From positions 40,734,001 through 40,798,000 of the forward strand of contig JAGIQG010000018.1 of NCBI GenBank assembly GCA_024679065.1: a DNA stretch of 64,000 bases, written 5' to 3'. Origin of the DNA: Sphyrna mokarran (Eukaryota). The notes beneath the pieces were generated by a model. The model had not been told where the DNA came from. It saw only the letters and a list, made by a program, of their open reading frames with translations, and made no database searches. A program made the translations under genes and the position numbers. Shown here piece by piece: positions 35,903-50,509 of this stretch (positions are counted from its first letter, which is position 1; every line of letters begins with the position of its first letter).

Positions 35903-36088
35903 CAAAAGAGAAACTGCTGGAAAATCTCAGCAAGTCTGGCAGCATCTGTAAGGAAAGAAAAAACTGAGGAGCTTTGACAAAAGGTCATCTGGACTCAAAA
36001 CATCAGTTTTCTTTTTCTCTCTTTACAGTTGCCAGCATTTTCTTTTTTGTTTTCAGATTCCAGCATCTGCAGTAATTTGCTTTTATCC
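35903..36088. mobile_element. Penelope-derived palindromic element (partly deleted)
   Basis: 'tgctggaaaatctcagcaagtctggcagcatctgtaagg'...'ccagcattttcttttttgttttcagattccagcatctgcag'. Confidence 0.75.
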
Positions 36089-36189
36089 TGCTGTGATATT
36101 TTCTCACTGTGCTGTGATTTGTCTGGGTAAGATTGCATTGTGAATTGTGGGCAGTTTTGAAGGAAGGAGTTGTGACAATTGGATAATAG

Positions 36190-37140
36190 TTGGTGCTTGA
36201 TGTCCTTCAAGTTTGAAGAAAACTGTGAAAAAGCAGACCCATTAATGATGAACACAGAAGTCGATATGTAATCCCAGTACGACACATGGAGTTAGAAACA
36301 GTTGAGGTATTGTGACGTTCTGTGATGTTATTCACGGATAGCAATAAGACATGAACGTGATACTTTTGAAAAGCAATGGAAGCTCTGTGGATCACGGTTT
36401 TCCACTGAGTTCCTTCTCATGCTGATTCTTCCGACTCATTAAGCTCGATGCCGCATCACTTCAGATTTCCCTTGTAACTCTTGTGTTGCTAAACTTGGTT
36501 TCTTTTGTCAGATGCTGGCACTCCAACCAGCAGCTGTTTCAGAATGCAGTGGTCTTCAATTCTCATTAGATGCCCTACCCAGCGCTGTTGAGTTCTCAGG
36601 AGTATTGCCTCAATACTTGTTGTTTAGGCTTAATGTAAGATTGAGGTTTGGGATCCAATTATCAATGGATGCCAAGGACGGAGCAAAGAGTATGCACAGA
36701 GTTTTTCCAACTGCTTTGTTTGTGGTATAAAGTCTAAGACACTCCGTTGTAAAGCAACAGAACATTGTACAACTGGAACTTTGTGGACAATCCAGTGCTG
36801 TTGTGGTAACTATTCTGCTGTGAAGCTTACCATGCTGATCCTAGCTGATATCTCATTATCAAACGAGTCATCATTAGATGTAATGGTTCCAAGATATTTG
36901 AAGCTATGAACATTCTTCAGCTCCGTATCATTGATATTGCCTGGAATTTGACAGGAGCTCTGTTTCCAAAATAATAGTCAATCCACACAGCTTTGATGCC
37001 TCTGAAAATTTGTCTGCTATGATCTGTAAATCTCTGGTTTTGAGTTATTTGGGTGCACCCATCAGCAAAAAGAGCTTCCTGAATGAGTTTCTCAGAAGTT
37101 TTGATTTTTGCACTGAGACACTTCAGAGCAAAAAATGAGC
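36190..37140 (-). mobile_element. RTE (BovB-like) LINE fragment
   Basis: Minus-strand KLIQEALFADGC, FKYLG and a degenerate RLRW.GH..RM region. Confidence 0.7.
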
Positions 37141-37144
37141 CATT

Positions 37145-39560
37145 AAAGAACAAAGAAAATTACAGCACAGGAACAGGCCCTGAGTTCCTCCAAGCTTGCA
37201 CCAATCATGCTGCCCGACTGAACTAAAACCCCCTATCCTTCTGGGGACGATATCTCTTTATTGCCATCCTATTCTTGTATTTGTCCCAACGCCACTTAAC
37301 ACTCACTATCATATCTGCTTCAACAACTACTTCCAGCAGTGAATCCCAGGTGCCTGCCACCCTCTGTGTAAAAAAAAAAAAAACTTGCCTTGTACATCTG
37401 CTTTAAATCTTGTCCTGGCACCTTAGACCTATGCCCCCTAGTAATTGACTCTTCTAACCTGGGAAAAAGCTTCTGACTATCCACTCTCCTCATGCCCCTC
37501 ATAATCTTGTAGACTTCTATGAGGTTGCCCCTCAATCTCCGCCATTGCAGTGAGAACAACCAAGTTTTTCCAACCTCTCCTCATAGCTAATGCCCTACAT
37601 ACCAGGCAACATCTAGTAAATCTTTTCTGTACCTTCTCCAAAGCCTTCACATCTTTCTGCTGGTGTGGCAATCAGAATTGAATGTTCTCCTCACAGCTAA
37701 TGCTGTCCATAGCAGACAACATCCTGATATAAAAAGCTTTGGGATTTTCCTTAATCCTGCTGACCAGTGATTTTTTTTTTATATGTGCCCCCTTTTAGTC
37801 CTCCTTACTCCCTGCTTAAGTTTCTTTCTACTTGTATTCCACACTTGCTTTGTGTGTTTCCAGCCTCCTGGCCTTGACAAATGCTTCCTTTTTCCTCTTT
37901 TGACTAGGCTCACAATATCTCTTGTTATTCAAGGTTTCCAAAACTTGCCAAACTTATCCTTCATCCTTATAGAATTGTGCAAATCCTGAATCCCTATCAA
38001 TTTACACGTGCTCTCAACCATCTGCCCCCAATCTACATTCTTCAGTTCCTGCCTAATATTGTTGTAATTAGCCTTCTATAGTTTACCATCTTAATTTGAG
38101 GACTACACTTTCTTCTTTACCTGTCAGTATCTTAAAGCTTATTGAATTGTGGTCACTGTTCCTGAACTGCTCCCCTACTGAAATATTGACTGTCCGCCTG
38201 GGCTCATTCTCCACTACCAGGTACAGTATGGCCCCTTCCCTAGTTGGACTACCTACTATTTACCAGAACTAAAGGGCACAGCCTCAAAATAAGGGGGGGG
38301 GGGGTGGCAATTTAGAACAGAGTTGAGGAGGAACTTCTCTGAGAGTGGTGAATCTTTAGAATTCTCTGCCTATTGAAGTGGTGGAGGCTACCTCATTGAA
38401 TATGTTTAAGTCACAGGTAGATTTCTGATGGATAAGGAATTAAGGGTTATGGGGAGCAGGCGGGAAAGTGGAACTGATCCACTTCAGGTCTTATTGAATG
38501 GCGGGTCAGGCTCGAAGGGCTAGATGACCTACTCCTGCTGCTATATCTTATGTACATACTGTTTCAAGAAGGCCTCCTGTATGCTCCTTACAAACTCTGC
38601 TTTATCCCCTAGTACTGAGTACCAGTCAATACAGTGGAAGTTAAAATCTCCCACCACAACAATCCTGTTACTTTTACACATTGCCAAAATCTGCCTATGT
38701 ATCTGTTCTTCTATCTCCTGCTGGCTGTTGGGTGGCCTGTAGTAAACACCCAACACTGTGATTACATCCTTCCTATTCCTGAGCTCCACCCATATTGCCT
38801 TGCTGTATGAGCCCTCCAAGATGTCCTCCTGCAGTACAGCTGTAACATTCTCCTTAATCAGTAATGCAACTCCCCCATCTTTTTTACATCTTCCTCTATC
38901 TCACCTGAAATATCTGTATCCTGGAATGTTAAGCTGCCAATCCTGTCCTTCCCTTAACCAAGTCTCAGTAATAGCAACAACATCATAGTTCCAAGTACTA
39001 GTCCAAACTCCCAAGTTCATCTGTCTTACCTGTTGTTGCATTGAAACAAATCCTTCACTGTGACACTAGCAAACCTTCTGGCCAAAATATTTATGCTTTT
39101 CCAGCTTAGATGTAATCTATCCTTCTTGTACAATCCCACTTGCTCTGGAAGAGGCCCCAAAGGTCTAGATATCTGAAACCTTTCCTCCTATACTAGCTGT
39201 TTAACCATGTGTCGAGCAGCACTATCTTCCTATTCCTAGTCTCACTGACATGTGGAACAGGGAGTAACCCTGAGATTCAGCCCTAGACGTCCTGCTTTTT
39301 AACTTTCTAGCTAACTCCCTAAATTGCTCCTGCAGGACCTCATCACTCTTCCTACCTATATTATTAGTACCGATATGTACCACAACCTCTGGCTGTTCAC
39401 CCTATCCCTTCTGAATGCTTTCTGCCTGTTCAAAAACGTCCTGGACCCTGGCACCAGGAGGCAACATACCATCCTAAAGTCTATTTCACATCCACAGAAG
39501 TACTTTTCAACACCTTTGAGGTTTTATTGGAGACACACTCCCTCTTTAAGATCCTTGGCA
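37145..39560 (-). mobile_element. CR1 LINE, internally deleted, including the APE endonuclease region; + strand CR1 3' end nested at ~38265-38550
   Basis: ORF 38541-38819 AIWVELRNRK...LGVYYRPPNS...VVVGDFNF.CIDW; ORF 37320-37559 is the ORF2 C-terminus. Confidence 0.85.
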
Positions 39561-39669
39561 ACATGGCTAAGGTAAAGAACATAAAATGCACTAATGCTAG
39601 ATTGCAATCCTTCTTCAGTCTATTTGAGGTCTCCAAAGGAAGCTGCTAATACACTAATTAAAAGAACTG

Positions 39670-40510
39670 GTGGCGTTTCCCACGGATCAGTGTTGGGACC
39701 TTAGTTTTTCCTAATGTATGTTGTTGATTTGAACATTGGAAATTGACAGATGACATAAAACTTGGAAGCACTGTGAATGGAGGAGGATGGTGTTGCACTT
39801 CAAACAAACATAGACGAGCTCATGGAATGGGCAGACATGTGAAGTGATTTATTTTGGTAGGAGGAATATGGAAAGATTATATGAATAGAGATGGGATAAA
39901 ATAAGAGTCCAACTTTAAAGAGGGTGCAGGAGCAGAGGAACCTGGGAAAATATATACATCAGTCATTGAAAGTAGTAGGGCAGGTTGAGAGAATGGCTAA
40001 TAAACCATACTCTAATCTGAGCTTTATTAGTAGGGCATAGAGCATTATGTCGAGCTGAAACACTAGTTTGGCTTCTGGATGCCACACTTTTTATGCAGTA
40101 TATGACTACGTTTGAGGGAATTCAAAAAAGACTCACACTGAGAATGTCTTGAGATAAGGAATTGTTAAATAAAAATTGTTAGGACTGTTTCCATTGGAGA
40201 AATGAAGGCTGAGAGAAGATTTGATAGAGATTGAGGATCTGAGCAGCATAGGTAGGAACACTCTATTCCCATTTATAAATGGATCAAGGTCGAGAGGGCA
40301 CAGATTTAAGGTGATGTGAGAAAAGGTTTTTTTCACACTGATATCAAGATCTGGGAATGCATTGCCTGCGTGTGGGGGAGCGGGTTCTGTTAAAACATTC
40401 AAGGAAATTAGATTGTTAACTGAAAAAGAAAAATTTACAGGGCGAAAGTAGGAGAATGGCACCAAGTGAATTGTTCATTCAGAGAATTGATACAGACACG
40501 ATTGGCAGAA
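39670..40510 (+). mobile_element. Old CR1 LINE fragment
   Basis: GVSHGSVLGP...DDIKLG degenerate RT motifs. Confidence 0.65.
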
Positions 40511-40519
40511 TGATGTGAT

Positions 40520-41025
40520 TTTTCGTCACATGTATTAACATATAGTGAAAAGTATTATTACTTGCAGTCTATACAGACAAAGCATTCCATTCATAGAAAA
40601 GGAAATGAGAGAGTGCAGAATGTAGTGTTACAGTCATAGCTAGGGTGTTGAGAAAATTGGCTTAATGCATTCAAAAGCTTGACAGCAACCAGGAAGAAAC
40701 TGTTCTTGAATCAGTTGGTATGTGACCCCAGGTTTTTGTATCTTTTTCCCAAAGGAAGAAGGTGGAAGAGAGAATGTCTGGGGTGCATGGGGTCCTTAAT
40801 TATGCTGATTGCTTTCCCGAGTCAGTAAGAAGTGTACACAGTCAGTGGCTGGTTTGCATGATGGGTTGGGCTACGTTCACGACCTTTTATAGTTCCTAGC
40901 GGTCTTGGGTTAGGAACTTCACAAGAGCAGGAGCCATCCCAAATTGTGATACAATCAGAAAGAATGCTTTCTATGGTGCATCTATAGAAGTTGATGAGCA
41001 TTGTAACTGACATGCCATATTTCCC
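40520..41025 (-). mobile_element. Rex1/Babar-type LINE 3' end
   Basis: MSVTMLINFYRCTIESILSDCITIW; homologous to 11110-11700. Confidence 0.75.
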
Positions 41026-41074
41026 CCTGTGTTGTAATGATTCTTAGATTCTGAAATCTTTGCAAGTACCTTTT

Positions 41075-41135
41075 GATTCTGTCTCTGTTTCTGTCTCTCG
41101 CTCGCTCGCGCTCCCCCCCCCCCCCCCCCCCCACC
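41075..41135. repeat. Pyrimidine-rich microsatellite and C-run
   Basis: 'ctgtctctcgctcgctcgcgctcccccccccccccccccccc'. Confidence 0.85.
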
Positions 41136-42019
41136 CTGCCATTGCTTTTAAAATCATAACCATCACCTTTTATGACAATTCATTCATGTTGTCAAAGGAT
41201 GCTACTCAACATTAATCATTGAACACGTTACATTCTTCTCCAATTTCATGCGGGAAGATCAAAGTTGTTGTTTACAGCATCTTCTATAAACTCTCTTGCC
41301 ATGATTCTATCTTCCTCTGTAGCCATTTGTTGGAGATGAACTAAACCATCGTGTGCTGTTCAATGTTGATCTGAGCTTGTATTCCTGACTTTGTTATCAT
41401 CAAGACTTGGGATTTTTACCTCTACATTACCCACCCTTACACCTACCCAACTCCTGTACTCTGAAAGCACTGTCATATTTTTTGTCATTTCTCATTTCCA
41501 TTTCCTTTCTTTCTAGCTTCCTATTATTGACTGGCCAAAAATTCAAATTTACTCTAAACCCAGTTGCCTATATCTTAGATCTTAAATCCACTTCTTATTT
41601 GTCTGAATGCCTAAGAAGGTGTATTAAAGTGAAAACCATGACTGATGGCATAGCTTTCATTGGCTTTGATGACCTTCACAAATATTCCCTCTCGTAACCT
41701 GATATTTATTCTCTTTCCTTGAGTTTAAAAAAAAAATTATTTTACCATTTTCCCCCAACCAATCTTTTTTTGGCGAAACAACAGTTTACTAATTTATTTT
41801 GTGAAGCAGCTTGAGATTTTTCTTAAAGGTACAGACTTTTGAAGATGATTCATAGCTATAATAAGCTTCTGCCTATAGTAGATAGCTACTAGGCAGTAAT
41901 TCAGTTGTTTTCTGACAACACCTTGAATTATGAGAGGACTTCCCTATAGGTTGGAGATCTGTAAGACAGAATCTCTTTTGGAATTCCATGGATCAAGGAT
42001 GATTTTTTTTCTTGCAAAT

Positions 42020-44085
42020 GAGTGGAAGGAAGTAAGACATCAGTGTTGATTGTGAGCTTTTCAGATGGTTTATAAGCCTTGCTTTGCCTTTGCAGGCTGT
42101 CTTCAATGAGGACACAGGTTGTGAGCTGGTGGAGTTGGTTTGAACATCTGCACTCTTCTCACACTGTCACTGTGCTCTCTTCAATTGCTGCTTTTGTTGA
42201 TTGTTTGGAAGATCTTGCCACCATTTTAATCACAATTAGGTATCTGCCTCCCACGCCTGGATGTCATTAGAACAGATCTTTATGGAAGCTTTGAGATTGT
42301 ATTTGATTTCCCTGGATCCCAGTATGAACATTCTCCCTCAAATAGCTCCTGAGTATGCAGTCATGGAGTTCAGCATCCTGACTATGTCCGATCCATCTCA
42401 ATTGATGTTGCTTTATCATGGCCTCTACGCTTGACATCAATGTCATTTGTTTTGTACTTTCTCACTTGATTCGCAACTCCTTCTAAGCAGAAATGGTGTT
42501 TATAAGTTGTCCAAGCTTCAGCAATGTAGATAAGCTTGCAGCAACCCACTATGATAGACTCTTTAGTATTGGGTGGGGCATCTGATTCTTAAAGTTGAGT
42601 ATCATAGATTGAACTATTCCCCTTCCAAAAAGTAAGCTTTTTCGAATAGATAGCTCCCAAAATATGGGAAATTGGGGACATTTCACCATCAGTCTGAATT
42701 GAATACATTGGATTTGACACATCTTTTTGGTAGAGCACTTCAGCCTTCTTAGTATTAATAGCAGTTTCCATGCTCTTATAGATTTCAACAAATACGTCAA
42801 ATATCTGTTATTTTTTCAGGATAACCATTAACTAGTGCATCGTCAGCATACTGCACATATGTTATGGAAGTGTTTGTCTTGGCTGTGCCCTTTAACTGGT
42901 TGAGGTTAAGCTGTTTACCATCACTGCAGTTAGATTATTGCCTCATCTGGAGGGAACCTGTCAGTATTGTAGTAAGTTTTGGCTTTTCTGCAAGGAAATT
43001 TGAAAATAGAATTGATGTAATAACCCCTTCCGTTTCCAAACATGTCAAAAAAAGAGTGTTATGTTGTGGGGCCAATGCATGGTGCTATTAATTACATATG
43101 TCATGAAAAAGACTCATGATGTTTGTGAACTTAACTGGGCATCTATCGTCTTAAAGCAGTTTCCAAATGGTAGTTTGATTCACTGAATCAAATGCTTTTG
43201 TGAGATCAAAGAAAACCATATATAAAGAAATGTTCTGCTTTCTGCACTTTTCCTGAAGTTAGTGCCCAGTGCAGATCATATTAATTGTTCCATTGGTCAA
43301 TCAGAAGACACACTGGGACTGTGGAATGACTTCTGCAGTTCAAGAGGTGATTTCTAAGATCTAATTTAGCTAGGACATTCTAATAATTGAGAACAAAATT
43401 ATGTCCCTGTAGTTGCTACAATTTATTTCTGTTCAAGAAAATTATGATCATAATGGTGCCTCCAAGGTCACAAGAATTTCTTCTTTGCACCAGAGTTCAT
43501 AAATTGGCATGTTTCTGGGAGATCATTATGACTCCCCATTTCAATACTTCCACAAGACCAGAAGCTTTTGTTTAGGATCATTGTTTAGTTTATTTTCAAT
43601 TGTATGTTGTAGGAGGATGCCCAGTGGATACCTGCCCATCTGTGGAGTTTTCATTGCATAGGTCTGTAAAGAGTTCTTTCCATGTCTTCATTGTGCCTGT
43701 GCTTTCAAAGTCTTGCCATCTTTGGATCCTACTGTCATTGGTTAGTATTGTGGGTCCATAGGTATCTTGGTTGCCTTGAAAAAGTTGTACGTGCCATGCA
43801 TGTAACCAAGAAGTTGAATTTCTTAAGCTTTCTGTCCATTTCTTCAAATCACTAGTTCTTTGAACTTTTAGCTTTGACTAGTGGATGAGCTTCTTTACTG
43901 TGGAGTTTGGAACCTATCGCCAGGATTTCTGCACCTCTTTCATCAAATCAGTCTTTAGGCCTTTAGTGGTATACCTACGGATTTCTTAGTGATAATGGGT
44001 TTTTATAATTGCCAGTCATCTTGAAAGTTGTCTGATGGTGTGAAAATCATTCCTGTGGTTTGCAATTGACTTGTGGTTGAATGTT
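42020..44085 (-). mobile_element. RTE LINE, degenerate
   Basis: Minus-strand VFFDLTKAFDSVN, QYADD and INTKKAEVLYQ motifs. Confidence 0.7.
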
Positions 44086-44895
44086 CAGCAAGACCTGAAC
44101 AATATCCAGGTTTGGACTAACAAGTGGCAAGTAATGTTTGCGTTGCACAAAAGCCAAGCAATGACCATTTCCAGCAAGAGTGAATTTAACCATTATCACT
44201 ATATATGTATATAGTGGCATTACCTACACCATCACTATGAATGTCCTGGGGGCTGGTGGGGAGAGAGAGGTTACCATTTTTGGCTACAACTTGAACTAGA
44301 CTAGCCATATAAATACTCTGGCTTCAAGAGCAGGTCAGAGGCTAGGAATCCTGTGGCATTTAACTCACTTCCTGATTCCCTAAAGCCTGTCCACCCCTAC
44401 AAAGAGTGTAATGGAATACTCCCCATTTGCCTGGTTGAATGCAGTTCCAAGAACACTCAAGAAGCTTGACGCTGTCCAGAATAGAGCAGCCTATTTTATT
44501 CATACCCCATCCATAAGCATTCAATCCTTCCACCATCAGTGCACAGTGGCAGCTCTGTATACCATCTGCAAGATGCATTGCAGAACTCAACAAAGCTCCT
44601 TGGAGAGTGCCTTCCAAACCCATGCCCTCCATCTAGAAGGGCAGGGGGAATACATGGGAACGTCACCAGCTAGAAGTTCCACTCCAAGCCACTCACCATC
44701 CCGATTTAGAAGTATATCACCATTCCTGGATCAAAATCCAGGAACTCCCTCCCTAACAGCATTATGGGTGTACCTGCACCACATGGATTCCAACAGTTCA
44801 AGAAGATTGCTTACTACCACACTCTCAAGGGCAATCATGGATTGGCATTAAATACCAGTCTAGCCAGTGATACCCACATTTATGAATGAATAAAA
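44085..44895 (+). mobile_element. CR1/L2-clade LINE 3' portion (second family)
   Basis: ORF 44411-44851 MEYSPFAWLNAVPRTLKKLDAVQNRAA; tail 'atgaatgaataaaa'. Confidence 0.75.
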
Positions 44896-45186
44896 CGCTC
44901 TGATAAACGTATGGGTAAAGCTGATGTCAAAATGCAGATGCATGTGAAAAGTAAATTTTAATTTGAGCTTAAGTGTGCCTTTCAGAATTAAGTGCTTTTG
45001 TAGGATGTGTTTATCTTTCTTGAATTCTTGTAGTTTCATTCTGCATTTGCAATAACCAGTTGCATTTACTTAAATCTGAAGTGGATATTCTATAACTGCA
45101 GGTTGCCATTCCTATGGTGGCATGAAATCAAGGTGAGGATACTACTGTTTAACTTTTTGTTTTAATATATACCGTTTTCTTTTTAG

Positions 45187-45299
45187 CAACCTCTCCACGA
45201 GCTTCATCAGAATTGGAACAGGCTAGACCACAAACCAGTGGAGAGGAAGAACTTCAGCTACAATTGGCTTTAGCCATGAGTAGGGAAGCTGCAGAACAG
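45187..45299 (+). CDS. EPN2: Epsin-2 exon, UIM1
   Basis: ttttag|CA ACC TCT...: (S)TSPRASSELEQARPQTSGEEELQLQLALAMSREAAEQ |gtacaa; 113 nt, phase 1 to 0. Confidence 0.95.
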
Positions 45300-45849
45300 G
45301 TACAAACTGCATATTAGTTCCACTCCATGTTTCCAGTATGTTACTTATCAATAGTTAGGTTGAGACCCCTCTTGTTCACAAAGGACAATTGCTTGTTGAT
45401 ATTGTAAGCTGATTTGTAAAGTTGCATGTTTTTAAAGGATTGCATTTCTTTTTACAAGGAATCTCTGAAGTGCCAAATCTGGAGATTCTAAGAGGTATAT
45501 CGTTCTTTCAAAACTTTTATATAACAGTTTGACATTAGATATTCTGTGTAAAAATACAACTTGTGAACATCTTTCCATCATCTCAGAAAAATTTGATCTA
45601 ACTTTTAAAATTAAAAAAGGAAATACTGAAACTTGGTTTCAGATTTTTTCATTACTAGCTGTAAGGGTGCCCAAAAGAAGGAAAATCTATATTAATCCTT
45701 TTTATTTCTTCTTCCTGCCTTCTGTAACAGATTTGCAGTTCTCTTCTGGTTCTTAACTATTATTTCAAATTATTTAGTGTAATCCCTTTAATTCCTGGCT
45801 CTTTGACTCTCCTGAAGCTTGGTAAGTTTCCCCTGCTACCCATTGGGTG

Positions 45850-46085
45850 GTTTGGGCGGCACAGTGGTTAGCACTGTGCCTGTGTGGGTTTCCTCTGGGT
45901 GCTCCGGTTTCCTCCCATGGTCCAAAGATGTGCGGGTTAGATTGATGGGCCTTGCTAAAATTAACCCTAATGTCAGGGGGTTAATTAGCGCATTAAATAT
46001 GAGAGGTTATGGGAATAGGGTGTGGGTAGGATTGTGACTGGTGCAGACTTGAAGGGCCGAATAGCCTCCTTCTGTACAACAAAGA
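45850..46085 (+). mobile_element. V-SINE (internally deleted)
   Basis: 'ggcggcacagtggttagcactg' joined to 'tgggtttcctctgggtgctccggtttcctccc'. Confidence 0.75.
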
Positions 46086-46459
46086 TTCAGTGAGATTAAG
46101 AGAATTATTTGGAGTTGAGTGGGAAGAATCCCAGCACCAAGTGACAGGCTCGGTCAACCAGGTTACATTAGCGAGCTAGGCTAGTCAAGTTATTGGTAGT
46201 GTCTTAGGCACAATGGAGATGCACAATTTAGGATCAGCTTGTGTTATCTTCTGTGATGAGTTGACCATTCCTAATAATAATAATCCCCATAATTCCCAAC
46301 AATCCTCTGACACATTATCTTGGAGTAGTCTTGGTCCTAAAAAATACCTGTATAGAACTTGGTGAAATCCCACTGGAGTATTGTTTAGTGATTTGGTTTC
46401 CTGATCTAAGGAAGGATATGCTTGCTGTGGAAGGAGTGTAACAGAGGTTTAACAGATCT

Positions 46460-48830
46460 AGCAAATCCAGACTATCAGATCCATGGGCTATCAAAGCAGC
46501 AGAATTGCACTGAACTATAATTTATAACCTCATGGTCCACCATATCACCCATTCTACCATTACCACCAAGTCATTGGATCAACCCTGGTTCTATGAAGAG
46601 TGCAGGAGAGCATGCAGGTGTAATACATAGATATCTAAAAATGAGATGTCAATCTGGTGAAGTTACAAAACAGGACTACTTGTCTATCAAATGGCATGAG
46701 CAGCAAGTAATAGACAGTGTTAAGCAATTCCACAATCATTGGATCAGAACTAAGCCTGGCAATCCTGCTACATCCAGCTGTTAATGGTGGTGGACAGTTA
46801 AACAGCTCATTAGAGGTGGAAGTTCCACAATAATTCCATCCTTGATGATTGATCGAGGAACCCAGCACATTGTTGCAAATGCATCTTCTGCACTAATCTT
46901 CAGCCAGAAATGTCAGTTGGAAGATACATCTCTGTGTCCTCCTGAAGTCTCCGCATCACAAATGTCAGTTTTCATCCAATTCAATTCATTCCATGTGATA
47001 CCAAGAAATGACTGAAGGTACTGGATAATGCAAAGGCTATGTGTCCTGACAATGAGAGCCTTTTTTCTCGGATGGTGACGGCTAACACGAGGGGACGTAG
47101 CTTTAAATTGAGGGGTGATAATTATAGGACGGATGTCAGAGGTAGGTTCTTTACTCAGAGGGTAGTAAGGCCATGGAATGCCCTGCCTGCAGCAGTTGTG
47201 GACTCGCCAACTTTAAAGGCATTCAGACGGTCATTGGATAGGCATATGGATAACATTGGAATTGTTTAGGTTAGAGCATCATTAGATTCGTTCCACTGGT
47301 CAGCGCAACATTGAGGGCTGAAGGGGCCTGTACTGCACTGTAATGTTCTATGTTCAAAGTTCTAATATTCCAGCAATAGTATTGAAGATTTATGCTCTGG
47401 AACTTGTCACATTCCTAGCCAAACTGATCCAGTATAGTTACTGCAGTAACAGCTACCTGAGAATGGAGAAAATTGCACAGATATGCGCACAAGAAATAGG
47501 ATAAATCCAACCCTGTCAATTATTGCCCCATCATCTATGCACGATCTTCAGTAAGGTGATGGAAGGAGTCATAACTCCGCTGTCAAGTGGCACTTGACTT
47601 AGCAATAACCTGCTCACTGATGCTCAGTTTGGGTTCTGCCAAGATCTCATCATTGCCTTGGTTCAAACATGAGCAAAAGATCTGAACTCCAGTGGTGAGG
47701 TAAGAATGGCTGCACATGACACCAAAGCAGCTTTGATTGAGTATGCCATCAAGGATCCCTAGCAAAACAAATCGATGGGAACCAGGGTGAAATAGCACCA
47801 CTGGTTGGAGTCATACCTGGCACAAAGGTGGTGATTAGAAGTCAATCATCTCAGTTTCAGGACATCACTGCCAGTCTTCTTCAGTATAGTGTCTTAGGCT
47901 AAACCATCAACTGCTTCTTGCATGACTTTCTTTCCACCATAAGGTCAAAAGTAGGGATGTTAGCTGATTATTAAAAATGTTCCGCACCATTCATGACCCT
48001 CAAATACTGAAGTAATCCATTTCCAAATTTAGCAAAACTTGGATAACACCCAGGCTTGGGCTGAAAATGGCAAGTATCATCCATGCTGCACAACTGATAG
48101 GCAATGACCGTCTCCAGCAAGAGAGAATCTAATCATTGCTCTGTGATATTCAATGGCATTACCATCACTGAATGCCCCACTATTAATACTCTAGGGTTAC
48201 CATTGACCAGAAGCTGAACTGGATTAAACAAACACTGTGGCTATAAGAACAGTTTAGGAGCTAGGAATTCTATTCTGTGTATAACTCACCACCTGAATCC
48301 CCAAAGCCTGTCCACCCTCTGTAGGGCGCAAGTTAGGGGTATGATGGAGTACTCTACAGTTGCCTGAATGAGTGCAGTTCCAACAATACTCAGGAAGCTC
48401 AACACCATCCAGGACAAAGCAACCTGCTTGATTGGAACCCTTTGCACAAACGTTCAGTCACTTCATCACCGACGAACAGTGACAACATTGTATGCCATCA
48501 TCAGGATTCACAGCAGGAACTCACCAGGGCTTCTTAGGCAGCTCCTTAGAAATTTATGATCACTACCATCCAGAAGGACAAGGACAGCAAGTATTGGGGA
48601 ATGCCACTACCTGGAAGGTCCCTGTTAATCATTCACTAACCTTACGTGGAAATATATCTCCATTCCTTCACTGCTGCCAGATCAAAATCCTGGAACTAAT
48701 TGCCTAACAGCACCAACTATACCAACACTTCAGGGACAGCAACAGTTCAAGGCAGCAGCTCATCACCATCCCCGCAACAGCAAATAGAAATGGACAATAT
48801 TGCTAGTCTAGCCAGCTACACCAATAATAT
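46460..48830 (+). mobile_element. CR1/L2-clade LINE (second family), with a younger CR1 3' end inserted at ~47050-47355
   Basis: Degenerate NYCPI...SKVMEG, QFGF and RT motifs; nested ORF 47039-47269 TRGRSFKLRG...FFTQRVVRPWNALP. Confidence 0.75.
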
Positions 48831-49288
48831 GGTAAATTAGTAAATAAAATTTTAACATCAACTTCTTTGTCTTAAGTTGTTAACAGTGTCTCACTTTAGG
48901 ATGTAAGCGATTCAGAGATAAGAAAATGAATTTCAGACAAGGCAATACTTCGTGAGTGGCATCAGGGCAATCGGTATCCTATTTCAGATGGCTCTTGATT
49001 CTCATAACTCTAGGAGTATAGATGCTTGTGATTTTATTTTCTCTTTTCTGTCTACTTGAAATCTTGCATCAAATCCCTTCTCTGTCCTTTTTTATTCTCT
49101 GCAGCGAGAGATTTTTCATGTGTTTTAATGTTGCTGCCATGGTTTGATCTTGTTATTCCATCTGTCAGTACCCTTTAACTCATTAATTGTGATCATGACC
49201 TGAAGAACTGTTCCAAAGAGTAGTGAACCTAACTTGTCATTGTAAATGAAGGGAATTCTTTCTGATTTTGTACTGTGATCCTCATCAG

Positions 49289-49396
49289 GAAGATCGCCTT
49301 CGCCGTGGTGATGATCTTCGACTTCAAATGGCTTTGGAGGAGAGCCGCAGAAATTCAGCTGTAATCGTGGGTAGCACTGCTCCAAAAAAGAAAAAG
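49289..49396 (+). CDS. EPN2: Epsin-2 exon, UIM2
   Basis: ctcatcag|EDRLRRGDDLRLQMALEESRRNSAVIVGSTAPKKKK|gtgaat; 108 nt, phase 0 to 0. Confidence 0.95.
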
Positions 49397-49784
49397 GTGA
49401 ATGCTTCCTCTATCTGAATAGAATATAGAAGCCATCAATATGAGAGAGTTACAAATTTTTCAGTTCAGAATTCAGAAGAACCATCTTTAGTTAGAAGGTA
49501 GTTAAAATGTGGGACTCGCCACCACCAAGTAATTGAGTATAAATAGCAGAGATACATTTAAGGGAAACTAGATAAGCACATGAACAAAAACAAATAGGAT
49601 ATGTTAATAGGATCCATTAAAGAAGTATGGGAAAATACCATTCTGTGCTTGATACTGTTGAGGGTTTTATTTCAAGATTCAAGGTTGTGGGTGAATTTTT
49701 CTTGAAAGTTAAGGCAAATATTTTAAGGTTAATCTGTTAGTGGGATGAGGGATGGAGTTTGTGTCAATAAAAATGAACATTTAA

Positions 49785-50035
49785 AGGCACAGTTGGCACT
49801 GCTGTCTTGCAGTGTCAGGGACCAGGTTTGATTCCTGGCTTGGATCATTGTCTAATCTGCACGTTCTCCTTGTGTCTGCATGGGTTTCCTCCCACAGTCT
49901 GAAAGACATGCTGATTAGATGCTTTGGCCATGCTAAATCTGAACTGGCACTGGAGTATGGCAACTAGGGGATTTTCACAGTAACTTTATTGCAGTGTTAA
50001 TATCAGGCTACTTGCAACGCTAATAAACTTTAAGC
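49785..50035 (+). mobile_element. V-SINE
   Basis: Same head, V-domain and tail as the 240-510 copy. Confidence 0.75.
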
Positions 50036-50509
50036 TTTTAAACTTTATTTGCTAATTTCTTAGTATCCATCATCCTATTATGGGAGGTGATAATCAGATG
50101 AACACTTTGTATAGAGAGAGTCAGATCGGCCCTTTTTGAACAGCTTTCGCAGTCAATTGAAACTGCCACTGAGAGAGGTTTGTTTGCTTGTACTTTCACT
50201 TGTAGCTGGTGCATGAAAGAAATACCAGTAGGGGGAACTTCTCCTCTGCACCATTTCAAAAAAAAACATTTGCCCATAATCTTTCAGTCCTGAATGTAAG
50301 GGATAAATTTCAACTGTATAATTGAATGGATTTGAAGTGGGTTAAAATCAGGAGACCCCAAGAATGAGTTGTATAGCCTTAAATTATACAAAAAATAATA
50401 GACAAAGGAAATATTTTTAAAAATATTTGCCCCAATTTGGAATCTAAAAATTCTGAAAATTCAGACTTGGCACCTGAAAATACTATGAATGATGTGTCAG
50501 TTTAGACTC